A stretch of DNA of 64,000 nt from Ignisphaera sp. (GTDB lineage Archaea; Thermoproteota; Thermoprotei_A; Sulfolobales; Ignisphaeraceae): assembly GCA_038821645.1 (NCBI GenBank), contig JAWBDT010000001.1:32001-96000 (forward strand). Direction: 5' to 3'. Within the stretch, counting starts at the first letter, position 1; every line of letters starts with the position of its first letter. The position numbers and the translations under genes were made by a program. Below the pieces are notes generated by a model that had not been told where the DNA came from, did not search any database, and saw nothing but the letters and a program-made list of their open reading frames with translations. Positions 62,148 through 64,000 of the stretch are shown one piece after another.

Positions 62148-62535
62148 CCTGTGGTAAATATATCTAGTGTGAAACCTAGTTATACATCCTTACGCTGAAT
62201 TATATCCAGAGAGAGTTAGCTGAAAATAATATTACACAGAAAATACTTTTGTAATACCTATGCTATTTAATTGGCTTTATCCATAAACAAAGCTTTTGTA
62301 GTGTATGTACTTAAGGACTCGAGACTTATTCTAATTCTCCAGTAGCCTCACTACCTTAGTTAATCTCGCTAAGAGTTTATTCAATAATTTCAATGTTTTC
62401 ATCAATGTATTTACAACTTTACTACTGCTTTAACTCTAGAGCATCTGTACTGTGGAATGGTATAGACATTAGTCTATAAAGATTTTCATATATTTTTAAA
62501 AGTTGATTATATGTAGGAAGTCTCTGGTATAGGTT

Positions 62536-62808
62536 ATGAGCTTTACAGAATATGTAGTCGAGTTCATATTGATAGTCTATCTTTTTTCTGCTATAATGTT
62601 TTTAATTAGAATTGTTAGAGGACCAACTATATTTGATAGAATTGTTGCTGTAGATGCTTTAAGTTATGATCTTACTGTATTTATGGCGTTGATAGCTTTC
62701 TATGTAAATAGACCTTTAGTAGCTACACCTATGATGCTCATAGCTCTTTGGGCTTACGCTCTAGATGTATGTATATCTAGAGCTTTGAGACATAGAGATA
62801 TGGGTTGA
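62536..62808 (+). CDS. mnhF: Mnh/Mbh antiporter module subunit F (MnhF/MbhB)
   Basis: RIVRGPTIFDRIVAVD. Confidence 0.88.
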   Translation: MSFTEYVVEFILIVYLFSAIMFLIRIVRGPTIFDRIVAVDALSYDLTVFMALIAFYVNRPLVATPMMLIALWAYALDVCISRALRHRDMG

Positions 62809-62813
62809 TATAG

Positions 62814-63185
62814 ATGCTACAGCTATTTGTAGAAGCAGTTGAGCTTGTAGGTATTGTTCTTTTACTTATCGGAGGATTCTTTGAGCTTACTGGAGCTATA
62901 GGTGTACTCAGATTACCTAACTTTTTTTCAAGAATTCATGCAGCTACAGCTTCAGCTATAGGTGGAACTGTAGTTCCTTTGATTGGTTTAGCTCTAGTTG
63001 CTCTAGCTCAGATCGAAATGGGTTGGGAGAGAGTGTATCTAGCATCACTATGTATTGTTTCAGCCATACTGATACTACTGGTAGCACCAGCAGGTAGTCA
63101 AGCTCTTATGAGGGCAGCATATATGTCTAGATACAGAGAGATAGAAGATGATGAGGCTGAAGCTACAGAGAGGGAGTATAGATGA
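62814..63185 (+). CDS. mnhG: Mnh/Mbh subunit G (MnhG/MbhC)
   Basis: GAIGVLRLPNFFSRIHAAT, APAGSQALMRAAY. Confidence 0.88.
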   Translation: MLQLFVEAVELVGIVLLLIGGFFELTGAIGVLRLPNFFSRIHAATASAIGGTVVPLIGLALVALAQIEMGWERVYLASLCIVSAILILLVAPAGSQALMRAAYMSRYREIEDDEAEATEREYR

Positions 63186-63430
63186 TACTGCCTCTCTTAG
63201 TTGTATTAATAGCTTCGTTTTTCTCGGTAGTCGCAGCATATCTAACTGTTGTCGAAAAAGATCTTTTGACGGCTGTAGTTTACTTATCTCTTCTAGGTGT
63301 ATGCTATACAATCATATACTATGTACTTATGGCTCCTGATATAGCTCTAGCCTACATCCCTATATCTACAGTCATTTTACCGGTTGTATTGATAATTGTG
63401 TTGAGAAAGACCAAGAGGTATGAAGAATGA
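63182..63430 (+). CDS. MbhD/DUF4040-type subunit
   Basis: KDLLTAVV, LMAPDIALA. Confidence 0.8.
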   Translation: MILPLLVVLIASFFSVVAAYLTVVEKDLLTAVVYLSLLGVCYTIIYYVLMAPDIALAYIPISTVILPVVLIIVLRKTKRYEE

Positions 63431-64000
63431 CTAAGGTTAGTAGAAGGATGAGAAATCTGGTTGTAGCGATATCGCTAGGGATTTTCGCGATATCTCTTGG
63501 AGTAGCTCTTAGTGTAGGACATTTAGGTATTCTACCAGCTAGAGAGTTGAGGAAGCTTGCTCAAAACATTTTAATCAATACCTATAATCCATGGAATCAA
63601 ACACTAACTTCATATTCATTAAATGCTGTTTCAGCTATTATATGGGATTACAGAGGTATAGATACAGTATTTGAAACAATGGTGCTTTTTGCTGCTGTTG
63701 TAGGTGTTTCACTTCTGTTTCGTGATGTTCATAAAGAAAAGGTGAAGAATCGTGTAATGCCGTTTACCATCAAAATCTCTACACAATTGATAGTACTAGT
63801 TACTATAGTAATTGCTTTATCGTTAGCTGTTCACGGTCATTTAACACCTGGAGGGGGGTTTCAAGCGGGAGCTGTTATAGCTACAGCTATAGCTTTAAGC
63901 ATAATCGTTTTCTCTCTAGATGTTCTACATAGAATAGGTTTATCAACTAAATTTCTTCTAGGAATACGGTTAGTATCTTTATTGCTCATACTATTCACAG
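63427..64000 (+). CDS. mnhB: MnhB-type subunit, truncated by window end (not in ORF track)
   Basis: ATG at 63427 overlaps the upstream stop; NAVSAIIWDYRGIDTVFE and HGHLTPGGGFQAG motifs. Confidence 0.88.
   Translation, partial: MTKVSRRMRNLVVAISLGIFAISLGVALSVGHLGILPARELRKLAQNILINTYNPWNQTLTSYSLNAVSAIIWDYRGIDTVFETMVLFAAVVGVSLLFRDVHKEKVKNRVMPFTIKISTQLIVLVTIVIALSLAVHGHLTPGGGFQAGAVIATAIALSIIVFSLDVLHRIGLSTKFLLGIRLVSLLLILFT

Noticed and set aside
62148-62535. Degraded nrdG or sRNA upstream of nrdD; TATTACA-N13-TGTAATA inverted repeat
   Set aside because: Only short open frames with no CxxxCxxC motif, no canonical C box, and a weak AT-rich repeat.

Overview
AT-rich archaeal chromosomal window. Gene content points to an anaerobic, hyperthermophilic Thermoprotei/Desulfurococcales organism, Ignisphaera-like by inference (crenarchaeal PolB1, Sulfolobus-type trpB2-A-D-F-E-G-C operon, class III RNR, P1-type L12). 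All product calls come from motif recognition by eye, not from database searches. The first ~20 kb is a cell-envelope region. It holds a Na+/solute symporter with an unannotated 36-aa accessory ORF and a membrane-protein/wHTH operon. It also holds two divergent operons encoding a MacB/LolCDE-like ABC system with a GT-C-like membrane protein, and MoxR + DUF4129/DUF4350/DUF58 + an exosortase-EpsI-like fusion + split DUF1616 genes. This locus is the best candidate for an undescribed surface-protein maturation system. The rest is mostly housekeeping: Trm5/Taw21, a radical SAM/SPASM enzyme (candidate GMGT lipid synthase), trp operon, thi4, purE, GH12, polB1, ppdK, cdc48, tmcA, nucS, taw1, rpl12, alaS, tRNA-Arg(TCT), nrdD and the start of an Mnh/Mbh operon. 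Signals read directly from the DNA include a canonical C/D box sRNA and a 13-bp tandem repeat upstream of trpB, and 64 bp of perfect identity between the two Cdc48 AAA domains. TrpE carries substitutions at feedback-inhibition sites. No CRISPR array, transposase or integrase was seen.
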